Assembly: GCA_963830365.1 (NCBI GenBank)
Contig: CAWHMU010000045.1
Coordinates: 128,001 to 192,000, forward strand
From: an uncultured Chlamydiae bacterium
GTDB taxonomy: Bacteria; Chlamydiota; Chlamydiia; Chlamydiales; Parachlamydiaceae
Length of the DNA: 64,000 nucleotides
Direction of reading: 5' to 3'
The translations under genes were made by a program, and so were the position numbers. Shown here piece after piece: positions 49,349 through 60,478 of this stretch. How positions within the stretch are numbered: the first letter of the stretch is position 1; each line of letters opens with the position of its first letter. The notes below the pieces were generated by a model. That model saw only the letters and a program-made list of their open reading frames with translations. It did not search any database and had not been told where the DNA came from.

Positions 49349-51967
49349 TTACAGTAGCTCCCGTGCTTTAAGCAAGGCCTCGCCGATCTTATGCGGGGCT
49401 TTGCCGCCGGCTTGGGCGCTGTTGCCTTTGCCGCCGCCGGTGCCTTCGACGATGGGGGCCAGAATTTTGATGATATCGATGGCTTTGGTGCCTTTCTCGG
49501 CCAGGTCGTCACTGACCCTTACCAGCAGCTGGCATTTGTCGTCGCATTTGGCTGCCAGCACGAGTACACAGGAGGGCAGCTTTAGCATGATGTCATCGGA
49601 CAGGCTGCGCATTTCTTCGGGAGAGATGTCGACATCGGCTGCCACCAGCGGGATGTGGTTGATGGTCTCCAGTTTGGCGATCAGGCTGCCGGCCAGGCCA
49701 TTGAGCTGCGCTTTCCTGAACGTCTTGAGCTGGTGGGCGAGCGCTTTGTTTTCTTCGACGAGTTTTTCGATGCGTTCTAACAGCTTCGGCGGCTGTGTCT
49801 TTAAGAAGCCTGCCAACTCGTTGAGCAGGCTGTCGCTTTGGCGGCCGAGCTTTTCGGCTTCTTCCCCGCTGACGGCTTCGATGCGGCGCACGCCGGCGGC
49901 GATGCTGCTTTCTTTGGCGATGCGGAACAGGCCGATGGTGCCGGTGGCAGAGGTATGGGTGCCGCCGCAAAGTTCTTTGGAGTAGTCGATATCGATGACG
50001 CGGACGATGGAGCCGTACTTCTCGCCAAAGAACTGTTTGATATCCTGTTTCTTTTGGGCTTCGTCATACGAGATCTCATAGCCTTTGACAGGCATATTTT
50101 CGCGGATCTTGGCATTGACGATATCTTCGATTTGCTGGATCTCGTCGGTGGTGAGGGCCTTATGGTGGCTGAAGTCGAAGCGCAGCCGCGAGGGGTCGAC
50201 AACGGAGCCTGCCTGCTTGATATGTTCTCCGAGGACTTTATGCAGGGCCCAGTGCATGAGGTGCGTGGCCGTGTGATTGTTGGCGATTTTTTGGCGGCGG
50301 ATGGTATCAATGGTGGCGGTGAGGGGGGTGCCGATGGTCAGCAAGCCGCTTTCCAGCACGCCGGCATGCGCGATGATGCCTTTATATGGGGCTGTGCAGT
50401 CGCTGGCTTTGAACAGGGATTTTTCGCTGTGCAGGATACCGCTATCGCCTACCTGGCCGCCCATTTCGGCGTAGAAGGGGGTTTTGTCAAGGATAACGAG
50501 ACCTTCCTGGCCTGCGTGCATCTCGCCGACGAAGGCGCCGTCCACGACCAGCGCGCGCACGGTGGCGGTCGTTTGGTTTTGGGTGTAGCCTAAGAATTCG
50601 CTGGGTCCATGCTCTGTGATATAGGCGGCAAAGAGGCTTTCGCCGGCAATCTGCTGGGTGCCTTTATGCACGCTGCGCGAGCGTTCTTTGGCTTCCTGCT
50701 CCAGGGACTGATAGCGTTCTATATCCACCGTCACGCCGTCATCTTTGGCCAGCAGCAGAATTTCTTCCAAGGGGAAGCCGTAGGTGTCTTTCAGCTTGAA
50801 GGCGTCATCGCCGCTGATCTGTTTGTGCTCTCCTTGGGCCTTTTCCATGATGTTGTTTAAGATATTGCCGCCGCGGCGCAGGGTGCGGATGAAGGCTTCT
50901 TCTTCGATGGTCAGCGTCTCGGCGATGCGGCTTTCAGCGGCATGCAATTCCTTATAGTCCTGTCCCATGGTCGACAGCAGGCGTGGCAAAACTCTAGCCA
51001 GAAATGGCTCTTCCAAGCCCAGCATGCGTCCATAGCGCACCGCCCGGCGCAGCACCTTGCGCAGCACATAGCCGCGGTCGACATTGCTCGGCTGCACGCC
51101 GTCGGCAATGGCGAAGGCCAGGCAGCGCAGGTGGTCGGCGATGACGCGGAAGGCAGAGCCATGCACTTGGTCGGCAGGGTCATAGCTGCGGCCGGAGATC
51201 TGCTCCACTTGGGCGATCAGGCTGCGCAGGATATCGGTTTCAAAGACGCTTTCCACATTCATCTTCAGGCTGACCACGCGTTCAAGTCCTGCGCCCGTAT
51301 CGATGGAGGGCTTTGGCAAGGGCGCCATCGTCCCGTCCGGCATGCGGTTGTATTGCATGAAGACCAGGTTCCAAAATTCAAGAAAGCGCTCTCCTTCGGG
51401 GTCTTCGCTGGGTCGGGTGGCCGCGCCATAGCGCGCGCCGCGGTCGTAGAGTAGTTCTGAGCAGGGACCGCAAGGGCCGGTATCGCCCATGGCCCAGAAG
51501 TTTTCTTTTTCGCCAAAGCGCGTGATGCGTTCGGCCGGTACATATTTAAGCCATAGTTCGAAGGCCTCATCGTCATCGCGGAAGATGGTAGGCCAGATGC
51601 GCTTTTCATCAAAACCGAATACTTCGGTAGAAACCTCCCAGGCGAAGCGGATGGCATCTTTTTTAAAGTAGTCGCCGAAGGAGAAGTTGCCGAGCATTTC
51701 AAAGAAAGTCAAGTGGCGGCTGGTGTGGCCTACGTTGTCTAGGTCGTTGTGCTTGCCGCCCACGCGGATGCATTTCTGGCTGGTGGTGGCGCGGGTGTAG
51801 TCGCGGTGGGTTTTGCCGAGGAAGACATCTTTGAACTGGTTCATGCCGGCATTGGTGAACAGCAGCGTGGGGTCGTCATGCGGCACAACCGGCGATGAGG
51901 CGATGATGGCGTGCTGCTGAGCTTTGAAATAGTTTAGGAATTTGCGGCGGATTTCTTCGGTAAGCAT
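49349..51967 (-). CDS. alaS: Alanine--tRNA ligase
   Basis: [35 protein letters not shown] and ELCGGTH motifs. Confidence 0.98.
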   Translation of the reverse strand: MLTEEIRRKFLNYFKAQQHAIIASSPVVPHDDPTLLFTNAGMNQFKDVFLGKTHRDYTRATTSQKCIRVGGKHNDLDNVGHTSRHLTFFEMLGNFSFGDYFKKDAIRFAWEVSTEVFGFDEKRIWPTIFRDDDEAFELWLKYVPAERITRFGEKENFWAMGDTGPCGPCSELLYDRGARYGAATRPSEDPEGERFLEFWNLVFMQYNRMPDGTMAPLPKPSIDTGAGLERVVSLKMNVESVFETDILRSLIAQVEQISGRSYDPADQVHGSAFRVIADHLRCLAFAIADGVQPSNVDRGYVLRKVLRRAVRYGRMLGLEEPFLARVLPRLLSTMGQDYKELHAAESRIAETLTIEEEAFIRTLRRGGNILNNIMEKAQGEHKQISGDDAFKLKDTYGFPLEEILLLAKDDGVTVDIERYQSLEQEAKERSRSVHKGTQQIAGESLFAAYITEHGPSEFLGYTQNQTTATVRALVVDGAFVGEMHAGQEGLVILDKTPFYAEMGGQVGDSGILHSEKSLFKASDCTAPYKGIIAHAGVLESGLLTIGTPLTATIDTIRRQKIANNHTATHLMHWALHKVLGEHIKQAGSVVDPSRLRFDFSHHKALTTDEIQQIEDIVNAKIRENMPVKGYEISYDEAQKKQDIKQFFGEKYGSIVRVIDIDYSKELCGGTHTSATGTIGLFRIAKESSIAAGVRRIEAVSGEEAEKLGRQSDSLLNELAGFLKTQPPKLLERIEKLVEENKALAHQLKTFRKAQLNGLAGSLIAKLETINHIPLVAADVDISPEEMRSLSDDIMLKLPSCVLVLAAKCDDKCQLLVRVSDDLAEKGTKAIDIIKILAPIVEGTGGGKGNSAQAGGKAPHKIGEALLKARELL

Positions 51968-52359
51968 GATAATGACAACATCCTCTTTAGATTCTTATAG
52001 TGGCAAGTATAATATCTATAGCGGTAATTGTCTAGGAACAAAAGCGGACGAAACGGACTGAGCGGACAAGGCGGACAGCGCAAAGGTGGACGAAGCGGAC
52101 GTTTTTGCCAATCGTGCTACTTTTGGCGTTGTTCACCCAACAGGACAAGTTTTTTCTCCGTGCTCTCTCTTCCGCTGTGTTTGATTTTTTTGAAACACAG
52201 AGTAACGGAGAGCACAGAGAGAGAATAGATTTATCGTGACCGAAGGTTTTTCTGTGAAGGTGAACATGACTCTATTTTTCGCATTGATCTGAAGATTCAT
52301 CGTTGTTGGATGGCAGGGAAATATGATATGAATGAATGCAACCAACCAGGTAGGTGTTT

Positions 52360-52956
52360 ATGAAATTCAAGTTGTTTAGTTTTCTTGCCCTGATGTGTGC
52401 TTTTAATCTGCATGCCGGAAATCAAGTCAGCGATAAAGCCACTGGAGAAGTCTTTCCTGCACAGATTGCATTTGATTATCAAGGAAAAGATTATCAACTT
52501 GATGCCACCGGGGTTTCGACCAGAAAAAAACTAATTATCAAGGTTTATAGCGTAGCGCACTATCTTCAAAAAGGCGTTGCCGTAGGAAAAGATAAACTTC
52601 AAGCCATTATGAGCGATGCCAATGCAAAGCAATTAACGATTAAATGGGTCCGCGCAGTCCCGGCAGCTACCATTCAGGAAGGGTATGAAGATTCCTTTAA
52701 AACAGCCATCCCAGATCCTGTCTATACACAATTACAGGCGGCCATTAAGACTTATATTGCCTTCTTTAATCAGGATGCAGAAAAAGGGGATGAACATGTG
52801 ATCCGCTGGTTACCCGGCGGAATCGTTGAAGTCCAGCTTAAAGGGAAAACGGTCGGCACTATCACCGATGCAAAATTTGCAAAAGGACTGTGGAATATCT
52901 GGTTTGGCGCTAAGAGCGTGGTCAATCGGGATCACTTGATCTCTCTCATGAAATGA
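52360..52956 (+). CDS. Secreted chalcone-isomerase-like protein
   Basis: Signal peptide; TGVSTRKKLIIKVYSVAHY and FAKGLWNIWFG motifs of the CHI-like fold. Confidence 0.8.
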   Translation: MKFKLFSFLALMCAFNLHAGNQVSDKATGEVFPAQIAFDYQGKDYQLDATGVSTRKKLIIKVYSVAHYLQKGVAVGKDKLQAIMSDANAKQLTIKWVRAVPAATIQEGYEDSFKTAIPDPVYTQLQAAIKTYIAFFNQDAEKGDEHVIRWLPGGIVEVQLKGKTVGTITDAKFAKGLWNIWFGAKSVVNRDHLISLMK

Positions 52957-53280
52957 CCATATCTAACCGTTCATGAACGTCCGCTTCGGCATTGTTCACC
53001 TTTTCGTTAAAAAAAGGTGAGCATGCCGCCTTTTACAACCAGTCTGCCCTCCTCTATGTCGCCGCATCTCAGCGTCTCTGCGTTAAATTGTCTAAAGGAA
53101 TTCAACGCAGAGACGCAGAGGAGGGCAGAAATGGTTGTGACCGAAAGTTTTCACTGTGCAAGGTGAACATGGCCTCCGCTTCATCCATTCGTTATGAATA
53201 CTTGCTAAAAAGGGGGCGATGCGCATAATCCTATAATAGCGAACTAAATATTTTAATGTATAAATTCCTGAGGCAGCACA

Positions 53281-55047
53281 ATGGCAGCATGTGAGACCTA
53301 TGTCGATCTATTGAAACGCATTGAAAAAGGGTATTTGAATCCCAAAGCGCTGAACCAGTGCGATAGCGAGGGCGTTTGGCAGGCTACATCGACCGAGGAA
53401 GTTTTGCGCGCGGTCAAAGATCTGGCACTTGGGTTGCATGAGTTAGGCTTGAAGCGGGGCGACAGAGTGGGGATTTTTGCCACCTCATCGCCTGAATGGA
53501 CCATTGCCGATCTCGCCATCGTGATGGCTGGGGGCGTGATGGTGCCGCTTTTTACTACGATCTCAGAAGAGAATTTCCTCTATGAAGTGCAGCAGACCAA
53601 ACTTAAAATCATCTTTGTCGAAGGTGTTGAGCAGTGGCCTGTATTTCAAAAATATGTCGAATGCTTTGATGTGGCTATCGCCCTGGGCGGCAATGTGCCA
53701 GCTTATGATAAGGTCAAGTCTTTAAAAGTCGTCATGGATGGCGGCAACGCATTAGATAAAAAATATCCCACGTTTTATGCCGAATTGCAGGCCGCCCTTA
53801 AACCCGAGGACATCATCACCATCATCTATACCAGCGGCAGCACAGGCGTTCCCAAAGGGGTTGAATTGACCCAGCTGAATTTGATCGGGCAGGCAGATTT
53901 CCAAGGCTTCAGCTGGGACCCTAAAACCGACTGCTATCTTAGCGTACTGCCACTGGAACACGTCTTTGGGCACTGCTTCAATCTATGGATGCTCTATCGT
54001 GGGGTGAGCATCTACTATACCAATGACCACAAACGCCTTTCGATAATCTGCAGCGAAGTCAAGCCTACCATGATCGCCGTTGTGCCGCGGCTATTGGAAA
54101 AAGTTTACGGCAAGATGGTGGAAAAACTCCATCATGCCGGCCTTTTCAAGCGCCTTATCGGCAGGTGGGCTTTCCAGCTGGCAAGTAAACCTGAGTCAAA
54201 AGTAAGGAAGTTCTTCCTGCCGCTGCTCGACGCCCTGGTCTATGGTAAGTTAAGAGCTGCTCTGGGCGGAAAAATGCGCATGTTCATCTCCGGCGGCGCT
54301 CCTTTAAGTCCACAGCTGCAACATTTTTTTGAAGTCATCGGCATCCCCATCTATCAGGGATGGGGACTGACCGAAGCGTGCCCACTAAGTACAAATTTTC
54401 CAGCACAGAGCAAAATAGGCACTGTCGGCCGTCTGCTGCCTGATCAGCAGGTGATCATTTCGCCCGAAGGGGAGCTGCTCGTGAAAGGGACTTTAGTCAT
54501 GCATGGCTATTATGAAAATCCGGAACAGACGGCGAGGGCCCTCGATGCGCAAGGCTATCTGCATACCGGGGATAAGGGGACAATGGATAGCGAGGGCTAT
54601 TTGACCATCGTCGGGCGTTTGAAAGAACTCTATAAGACATCAACCGGCGAATATATCGCTCCCATGCCGATAGAGCAGTCTATTTGCCGTCATTCACTGA
54701 TCGACATGGCACTTGTCGTAGCCGAAGGGCGCAAATTTGCCTCATGCCTGCTATTCCCTAATATGGACGTGGTATTGCGTCTGAAGAAAAAGCAGCGCCA
54801 GGAAAATTTGAGCGACAAAGACTTTTTAAAGAGTGCCTATATCCGCTATGAAATAGACACGTTGCTAGCCGAAGTAAACAGACATTTAAATCATCCCGAG
54901 CAGATTCGCGATTATCGCTTTGTCTTGGAGCCTCTGACGATCAAAGGTGGCGATCTTACGCCATCGATGAAAATCCGGCGCGAAGCGGTGACCAGGAAAT
55001 ATAACAAACTGATCGATGAGATGTATCAAAACGAGGTGGAAGAATGA
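53281..55047 (+). CDS. fadD: Long-chain fatty-acid--CoA ligase
   Basis: IIYTSGSTGVPKGV, QGWGLTE, LHTGDKG and LTPSMKIRR motifs. Confidence 0.88.
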   Translation: MAACETYVDLLKRIEKGYLNPKALNQCDSEGVWQATSTEEVLRAVKDLALGLHELGLKRGDRVGIFATSSPEWTIADLAIVMAGGVMVPLFTTISEENFLYEVQQTKLKIIFVEGVEQWPVFQKYVECFDVAIALGGNVPAYDKVKSLKVVMDGGNALDKKYPTFYAELQAALKPEDIITIIYTSGSTGVPKGVELTQLNLIGQADFQGFSWDPKTDCYLSVLPLEHVFGHCFNLWMLYRGVSIYYTNDHKRLSIICSEVKPTMIAVVPRLLEKVYGKMVEKLHHAGLFKRLIGRWAFQLASKPESKVRKFFLPLLDALVYGKLRAALGGKMRMFISGGAPLSPQLQHFFEVIGIPIYQGWGLTEACPLSTNFPAQSKIGTVGRLLPDQQVIISPEGELLVKGTLVMHGYYENPEQTARALDAQGYLHTGDKGTMDSEGYLTIVGRLKELYKTSTGEYIAPMPIEQSICRHSLIDMALVVAEGRKFASCLLFPNMDVVLRLKKKQRQENLSDKDFLKSAYIRYEIDTLLAEVNRHLNHPEQIRDYRFVLEPLTIKGGDLTPSMKIRREAVTRKYNKLIDEMYQNEVEE

Positions 55048-56324
55048 AAGAACGCATTGCCATTGTGGCCGGTATCCGCACCCCATTTTGTAAAGCGGCC
55101 GGCGTCTTGCGCGATATGGAAGCTGATGATATTGGGGCGTATATAGTCAGGGAATTGATCGCCCGCACCGGCATCCCCGCCGAAAAAGTCGATGAGCTGG
55201 TCTTCGGCAATGTGCTGCAGCCCCCTCACGCCACCAATATCGCCCGCATCATCGCCATCAAGGCCGGCCTGCCGGTGAAAGTTCCGGCCTACACCGTCAA
55301 CCGCAACTGCGCCTCCGGCATGGAAGCACTGATGAGTGGTGCCGACAAGATACTGCTGGGATACGACGACATCGTCATCGCCGGTGGAGTGGAGTCGATG
55401 AGCAACTTCCCGGTGCTGGTGCGCAAACGCTATAAAGAATTCCTGCAGCGCCTGGGCAAAGCCAAAAGTTTTGGCCAGAAGCTGTCGGCCCTGCTGTCCT
55501 TCAGGCCAGGCTTCCTGCTGCCCGAGATCCCTGAAATTACCGACCCCTTATGCGGCTTGAGCATGGGACAGACCGCCGAAGTGCTGGCGCGCGAATTTCG
55601 CATCGGCCGCGCCGAACAGGACGAATTTGCCTTGAGGAGCCAGCAGCGCGCCGCCAAAGCCATCGCTGACGGCACCTTTGCCGACGAGGTGGTTCCAATT
55701 CCTCTGCCGCCATCTTATGACAAGATGCAGCTGCAGGATGACGGCGCCCGCGCCGACCAGACGCTGGCGGCGCTGGCCAAGCTGAAGCCGGCCTTTGACA
55801 AGCTCACCGGTACCGTCACCGCCGGCACCTCCAGCCAGATCACGGACGGGGCCGCTGCCGTGCTGCTGATGCGCGAAGCAGAGGCCAAAGCCATGGGTTT
55901 TAAGCCGTTGGGGTACATCCGCGCATACGCCGAAGCCGGCTTGCAGCCGAGCCGCATGGGCTTAGGACCTGCATTTGCCATATCGAAACTCTTGTCCAAG
56001 ACCGGCCTGCAGCTATCCGATTTTGACCTCATCGAGATCAATGAGGCCTTCGCCGTGCAGGTGCTGGCAGTCGTCAAGGCTTGCGCCTCGGATAGCTTTG
56101 CCAGGCAGGAACTCGGCCGTGAAAAGGCTTTGGGTGTGATCGATATGGATAAACTCAATGTCAACGGCGGCGCTATCGCCCTCGGGCATCCACTGGGGGC
56201 ATCAGGCACGCGCCTGGTGATCACACTCTTGAAAGAACTGAATAGAAGAAACAAAAACCTTGGCTTAGCCGCTTTATGTATCGGCGGTGGACAAGGCCAG
56301 GCCGTCATCGTGGAGGTGCAGTAA
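55044..56324 (+). CDS. fadI: 3-ketoacyl-CoA thiolase (FadI/FadA)
   Basis: NRNCASG, NEAFA, GHPLGASG and CIGGGQG motifs. Confidence 0.88.
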   Translation: MKERIAIVAGIRTPFCKAAGVLRDMEADDIGAYIVRELIARTGIPAEKVDELVFGNVLQPPHATNIARIIAIKAGLPVKVPAYTVNRNCASGMEALMSGADKILLGYDDIVIAGGVESMSNFPVLVRKRYKEFLQRLGKAKSFGQKLSALLSFRPGFLLPEIPEITDPLCGLSMGQTAEVLAREFRIGRAEQDEFALRSQQRAAKAIADGTFADEVVPIPLPPSYDKMQLQDDGARADQTLAALAKLKPAFDKLTGTVTAGTSSQITDGAAAVLLMREAEAKAMGFKPLGYIRAYAEAGLQPSRMGLGPAFAISKLLSKTGLQLSDFDLIEINEAFAVQVLAVVKACASDSFARQELGREKALGVIDMDKLNVNGGAIALGHPLGASGTRLVITLLKELNRRNKNLGLAALCIGGGQGQAVIVEVQ

Positions 56325-58471
56325 TGAGTTCCGCTTTTAGATTTTCCGTCGATGAGCAAGGCATCGCCCGCATTGTTTTCGATCTGCCGGGGGGGAAGGT
56401 AAATACCCTGTCGCTGCCCGTACTGACTGAGCTGGAACAGCTGCTGGATGGGGCCGCCGCCAATAAGCAGATTAAAATCCTAACCATTGAAAGCGGCAAG
56501 CCAGATACTTTCATCGCCGGCGCCGACCTCAAAAGTTTTGAACCCATCTTTCGGGATCCCGCCGGCGCAAAAGAGATGATAGCCACGGGCCATAGAGTCT
56601 TTGACAAGCTTGCTAGAATGCATTTTCCGACCGTGGCGCTGATCAACGGCACCTGCCTTGGCGGCGGCATGGAGCTGGCCTTGGCATGCACCTATCGGGT
56701 GGCGTCAGACCACCCAAAGACTGTGCTGGGGTTGCCTGAAGTGACGCTGGGTATCTTTCCCGGGTGGGGCGGCACGCAGCGCCTGCCGCGGCTGGTCGGC
56801 TTGATTGAAGGGTTGCCCATGATCCTCGGTGGACGGCCTGTCAAGGCTGCCAAAGCCTTGAAGATAAAATTGATCGACGCCCTGGTGGCGGCAGAGTTTT
56901 TCGACGGGAAAACCCTCGAATTCATCAACGCCTGCCTGACAGACAAGGGCAGGCAGGAGATCGCCGAGCGGCGCAAGCTGCACGGCTGGCGCCACCAGCT
57001 GCTGGAAAACAATCCTCTCGGCCGCAAATTCATCTTCAGTATGGCCAAAAAAGATGTGCTGAAAAGGACCAAAGGACATTATCTCGCCCCGTTGATAGCG
57101 CTGGAACTTGTCAAAGAGACCTATGCCCTGCCGCTGCAGGAAGGGCTGGCCAAAGAAGTCCAGACCTTCCAGAAAAATCTGCAAACAGGTTTCACCGCGG
57201 CACGCAATCTGATCGCGCTCTTCTTTATTCAGGAAGCATTAAAAAAAGATGCAGGCGCAGCCGGAGATGTAAAACCCAAAAAAGTGGCCGCAGCGGGTGT
57301 CATCGGTGCCGGCACCATGGGGAGCTTGATCGCCTGGCTGTTCAGCTATCGCGACATCGCCGTACGCATGAAGGATGTCGATTGGACCGCCGTCGGCAAG
57401 GGGTATGGCGCGGCCTATGCGGTCTACAAAAAACTGGTGCGCGACCGCAAGCTAAAGCCCAGCGAAGCCTCTCTAAAATTCAACCATATCAGCGGCACCA
57501 CCGACTATTCAGGTTTTAACCGCCTGGATTTAGTCATCGAAGCCGCGGTTGAGAACCTGGACCTAAAACACCAGATCCTGAAGGATCTTGAGAAAGTCAC
57601 CCGCGAAGATGCGATCATCGCTTCCAATACCTCCTCATTGACCATCAGCGAGATGGGAAGCGTGATGGCCCATCCCGAACGCTTTGTCGGCATGCATTTC
57701 TTCAATCCCGCCGACCGCATGCCGCTGGTCGAAGTGGTAGCCTCCGATAAAACTTCTCCTGAAACCATCGCTACGGCCGTCGACATCTGCCGCAAGCTCG
57801 GCAAAACGCCCATCGTGGTACGCGATTGTCCGGGCTTCTTGGTCAACCGCATCTTCGTGCCGGGCGCCAACGAGATCATGCATATGTATGCCGAAGGGGC
57901 CGATTTCGAAAGGCTTGAGAAGATGATGCTCGATTTCGGCATGCCGATGTCGCCCTTCATCCTCGCAGACGAAGTGGGCAATGATGTGGGCTATAAAGTC
58001 ACTAAAGTCTTCGAAAAAGCTTACGGTTCGCGCATGGCCATGCCCAAGCTTTTGGAAGCTATGTATGAAAATAAGCTCTATGGCAAGAAATGCGGTCAAG
58101 GCTTCTTCCTCTACCAGGGCGATGCCCACAAGAAAAATCCCAAGGTGGCCGAGCTCAGAAAGGCACTGATGCCACAGCACAAGCCCTTTGCCAATGAAGA
58201 CATGCGCGACAGGGTATTTCTTGTCATGATCAATGAGGCCGCCCGCTGTCTCGATGAAAAGATCGCCGCTAACCCCTCCTACCTGGATATGGCTACGGTG
58301 ATGGGCATAGGTTTCCCCCCATATCGCGGCGGCCTGCTGCGCTATGCCGACACGCTGGGCATCGACTATATCGTTAACCAGCTCAAGCGTTTCAAAGAGT
58401 TATATGGCGAGCGTTTCGCCCCTTGCGAATATCTGCTCAAGATGCAGCGTGAGCATAAAACATTTTTCTAA
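56324..58471 (+). CDS. fadJ: Fatty-acid oxidation complex alpha subunit (enoyl-CoA hydratase/3-hydroxyacyl-CoA dehydrogenase)
   Basis: FIAGADL, CLGGGMELALAC, GAGTMG, ASNTSSL and GMHFFNP motifs; TAATG coupling at 56324. Confidence 0.9.
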   Translation: MSSAFRFSVDEQGIARIVFDLPGGKVNTLSLPVLTELEQLLDGAAANKQIKILTIESGKPDTFIAGADLKSFEPIFRDPAGAKEMIATGHRVFDKLARMHFPTVALINGTCLGGGMELALACTYRVASDHPKTVLGLPEVTLGIFPGWGGTQRLPRLVGLIEGLPMILGGRPVKAAKALKIKLIDALVAAEFFDGKTLEFINACLTDKGRQEIAERRKLHGWRHQLLENNPLGRKFIFSMAKKDVLKRTKGHYLAPLIALELVKETYALPLQEGLAKEVQTFQKNLQTGFTAARNLIALFFIQEALKKDAGAAGDVKPKKVAAAGVIGAGTMGSLIAWLFSYRDIAVRMKDVDWTAVGKGYGAAYAVYKKLVRDRKLKPSEASLKFNHISGTTDYSGFNRLDLVIEAAVENLDLKHQILKDLEKVTREDAIIASNTSSLTISEMGSVMAHPERFVGMHFFNPADRMPLVEVVASDKTSPETIATAVDICRKLGKTPIVVRDCPGFLVNRIFVPGANEIMHMYAEGADFERLEKMMLDFGMPMSPFILADEVGNDVGYKVTKVFEKAYGSRMAMPKLLEAMYENKLYGKKCGQGFFLYQGDAHKKNPKVAELRKALMPQHKPFANEDMRDRVFLVMINEAARCLDEKIAANPSYLDMATVMGIGFPPYRGGLLRYADTLGIDYIVNQLKRFKELYGERFAPCEYLLKMQREHKTFF

Positions 58472-58497
58472 AACTTTCAATATATGGTGGTGAGCTT

Positions 58498-60150
58498 ATG
58501 TATTATATGAAATCATTGGCAAACTTTCTTTTCTGCTTGATCCTCATCTCGACTTCCGCCCTGCAGGCCGCCACCTGGTCGCCACCCATCGATGTCTCGG
58601 CCGCCGGACAGGATGCCTACTTCCCGCAAGTAGTCATTGACGCTTCCGGCAATGCCGTGGCCGTATGGACCCGTTCTAACGGCACAAATTTCATCATCCA
58701 GGCGGCGACGCTGCCGTACGGTTCTTCCACCTGGACTCCTACCGCCGACCTGTCGGCCGCAGGGCAGGACGCCGCATTCCCCCAAGTGGGTGTTGATGCA
58801 GCCGGCAATGCCGTCGCCATCTGGTCGCGCTCCAATGGCACAAATACCATCATCCAGGGGGCAAAGCTGCCCTTTGGTACATCTGCCTGGACGCCCACCA
58901 CCGACCTGTCGGCCGCCGGACAGGATGCAGATAAGCCTCAAATTGCCGTAGATGCGGCCGGCAATGCCGTGGCTGTATGGTCCAGATCCGATGGCTCAAA
59001 TAGCATCGTGCAAGGCGCGACGCTGCTGTTTGGCTCTGCTATATGGGTGGCGACCACTGACCTCTCTGCTAGCGGACAGGATGCAGATTCCGTACAAGTA
59101 GCCGTTGATGCCTCCGGCAATGCCGTGGCCGTCTGGCGGCGCTTTGATGGTTCTAATACCATCATCCAGGCTGCCACCCTTGCCTTTGGCTCAACTGTCT
59201 GGGTGGCAGCGACTGCCGACCTGTCGGCGGCCGGCAATGATTCACGTGATCCGCAAGTAGCAGTCGATCCTGCCGGCAATGCCGTCGCCGTCTGGTCGTT
59301 TTTTAACGGCTTTACTACCGATATATCTATTCAAGGTGCTACGCTGGCCTTTGGCTCATCAACGTGGGTAGCCACAAGTGATCTTTTAGCGCCTACTCTT
59401 AATTCAGCAGGCTCACCTCAAGTCGGCGTCGATGCTGCCGGCAATGCCCTGGCTATCTGGGTGCGCAATAATGGCGTAGATCCGGTCCTTGAAGGGGCAA
59501 CGTTGGCTTTTGGCTCCTCCATATGGGTGCCGACGACTACGATAGTAATACCTGGATTTGGGGAATTCTTCCCAATTCTTGCCGTCAATGCTAGCGGCGA
59601 TGCCGTCGCGGTGTGGGTGCTCATTGATGCTGGTATTGTAACTTTTGCCATCCAGGCTTCAACTTTAGCCTTTGGCACAGGAACGTGGACTGCTCCAGTC
59701 AATATCGGTGTGCCGGCGGTATTCCCGCTGGAACCCCCTGTAGGCTTTCCTGATGTGGCCATAGGCCCTTCAGGAAATGCTGTAGCCATTTGGCAGGGTA
59801 CCAATGGAGCCAATGCTATTATTCAGGCAGCAATTTATGGGCTGTCGATACCAGCAGCGCCGACACATCTGACGGGCAAACAAGTGAATGACCGTTTTGC
59901 CACACAGTCGGTGTTGGTGAATGTGCTCAAATGGCAGGCGCCGCAAGGCGGCACTCAGCTGGTGGCCTATGCCATCTATCGCGATAGCGCTCTCACCCAG
60001 CTTGCCGGCACTGTGTCGGCTTCCGGCAAGCTGCAGTTCCAGGACGGCAACCGCCAGCCGGGGCAAACTTACACCTACTACGTTGTGGCAGTAGGGACGG
60101 GCGGCTCCCAATCGCCTGCCGCCGTCGTAACGGTATATCCCCTTCACTAA
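58498..60150 (+). CDS. Secreted protein with eight ~52-aa repeats and a C-terminal FN3-like module
   Basis: Signal peptide; repeats of DLSAAGQDA..PQVAVDAAGNAVAVW. Confidence 0.85.
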   Translation: MYYMKSLANFLFCLILISTSALQAATWSPPIDVSAAGQDAYFPQVVIDASGNAVAVWTRSNGTNFIIQAATLPYGSSTWTPTADLSAAGQDAAFPQVGVDAAGNAVAIWSRSNGTNTIIQGAKLPFGTSAWTPTTDLSAAGQDADKPQIAVDAAGNAVAVWSRSDGSNSIVQGATLLFGSAIWVATTDLSASGQDADSVQVAVDASGNAVAVWRRFDGSNTIIQAATLAFGSTVWVAATADLSAAGNDSRDPQVAVDPAGNAVAVWSFFNGFTTDISIQGATLAFGSSTWVATSDLLAPTLNSAGSPQVGVDAAGNALAIWVRNNGVDPVLEGATLAFGSSIWVPTTTIVIPGFGEFFPILAVNASGDAVAVWVLIDAGIVTFAIQASTLAFGTGTWTAPVNIGVPAVFPLEPPVGFPDVAIGPSGNAVAIWQGTNGANAIIQAAIYGLSIPAAPTHLTGKQVNDRFATQSVLVNVLKWQAPQGGTQLVAYAIYRDSALTQLAGTVSASGKLQFQDGNRQPGQTYTYYVVAVGTGGSQSPAAVVTVYPLH

Positions 60151-60154
60151 ACCG

Positions 60155-60260
60155 GTCCATCACCCCCGTTCGGGGGTGATGGCATGTAGCCCAGGGCAAG
60201 CGTCAGTACAGCTCTGGGTGTTCTATGGTTAGATGATGCCTCCAGAAAGGGGTGCGGGCG
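60155..60260. repeat. Degenerate REP-like element of a related family
   Basis: ccatcacccccgttcgggggtgatgg hairpin followed by gtagcccagggcaagcg..ctctgggt. Confidence 0.55.
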
Positions 60261-60478
60261 TACCTATTGTCCTAAATATTTGATTCTCTTTATCCCTTTG
60301 CGCTTTCCTGAATAACAAGTTCTAAGATTCATATTATCAATGTTTTGCACTTCACTTTATTTTTCGGTATGTGACGTGCTTCCTTGCCTTTCTTTGCGGC
60401 CTTTGCGCTCTTTGCGTGGAATTGCATTCACAGGCTTTTAAGTAGAGACAATGGAAGTACTTTTTGTACCGGTCGAAG

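Noticed and set aside
46047..51702. Many 100-260 aa antisense or alternate-frame ORFs in mfd and alaS (also sdhA, uvrB, fadJ, glgP)
   Set aside because: Shadow ORFs expected from GC-rich codon usage; no motifs.
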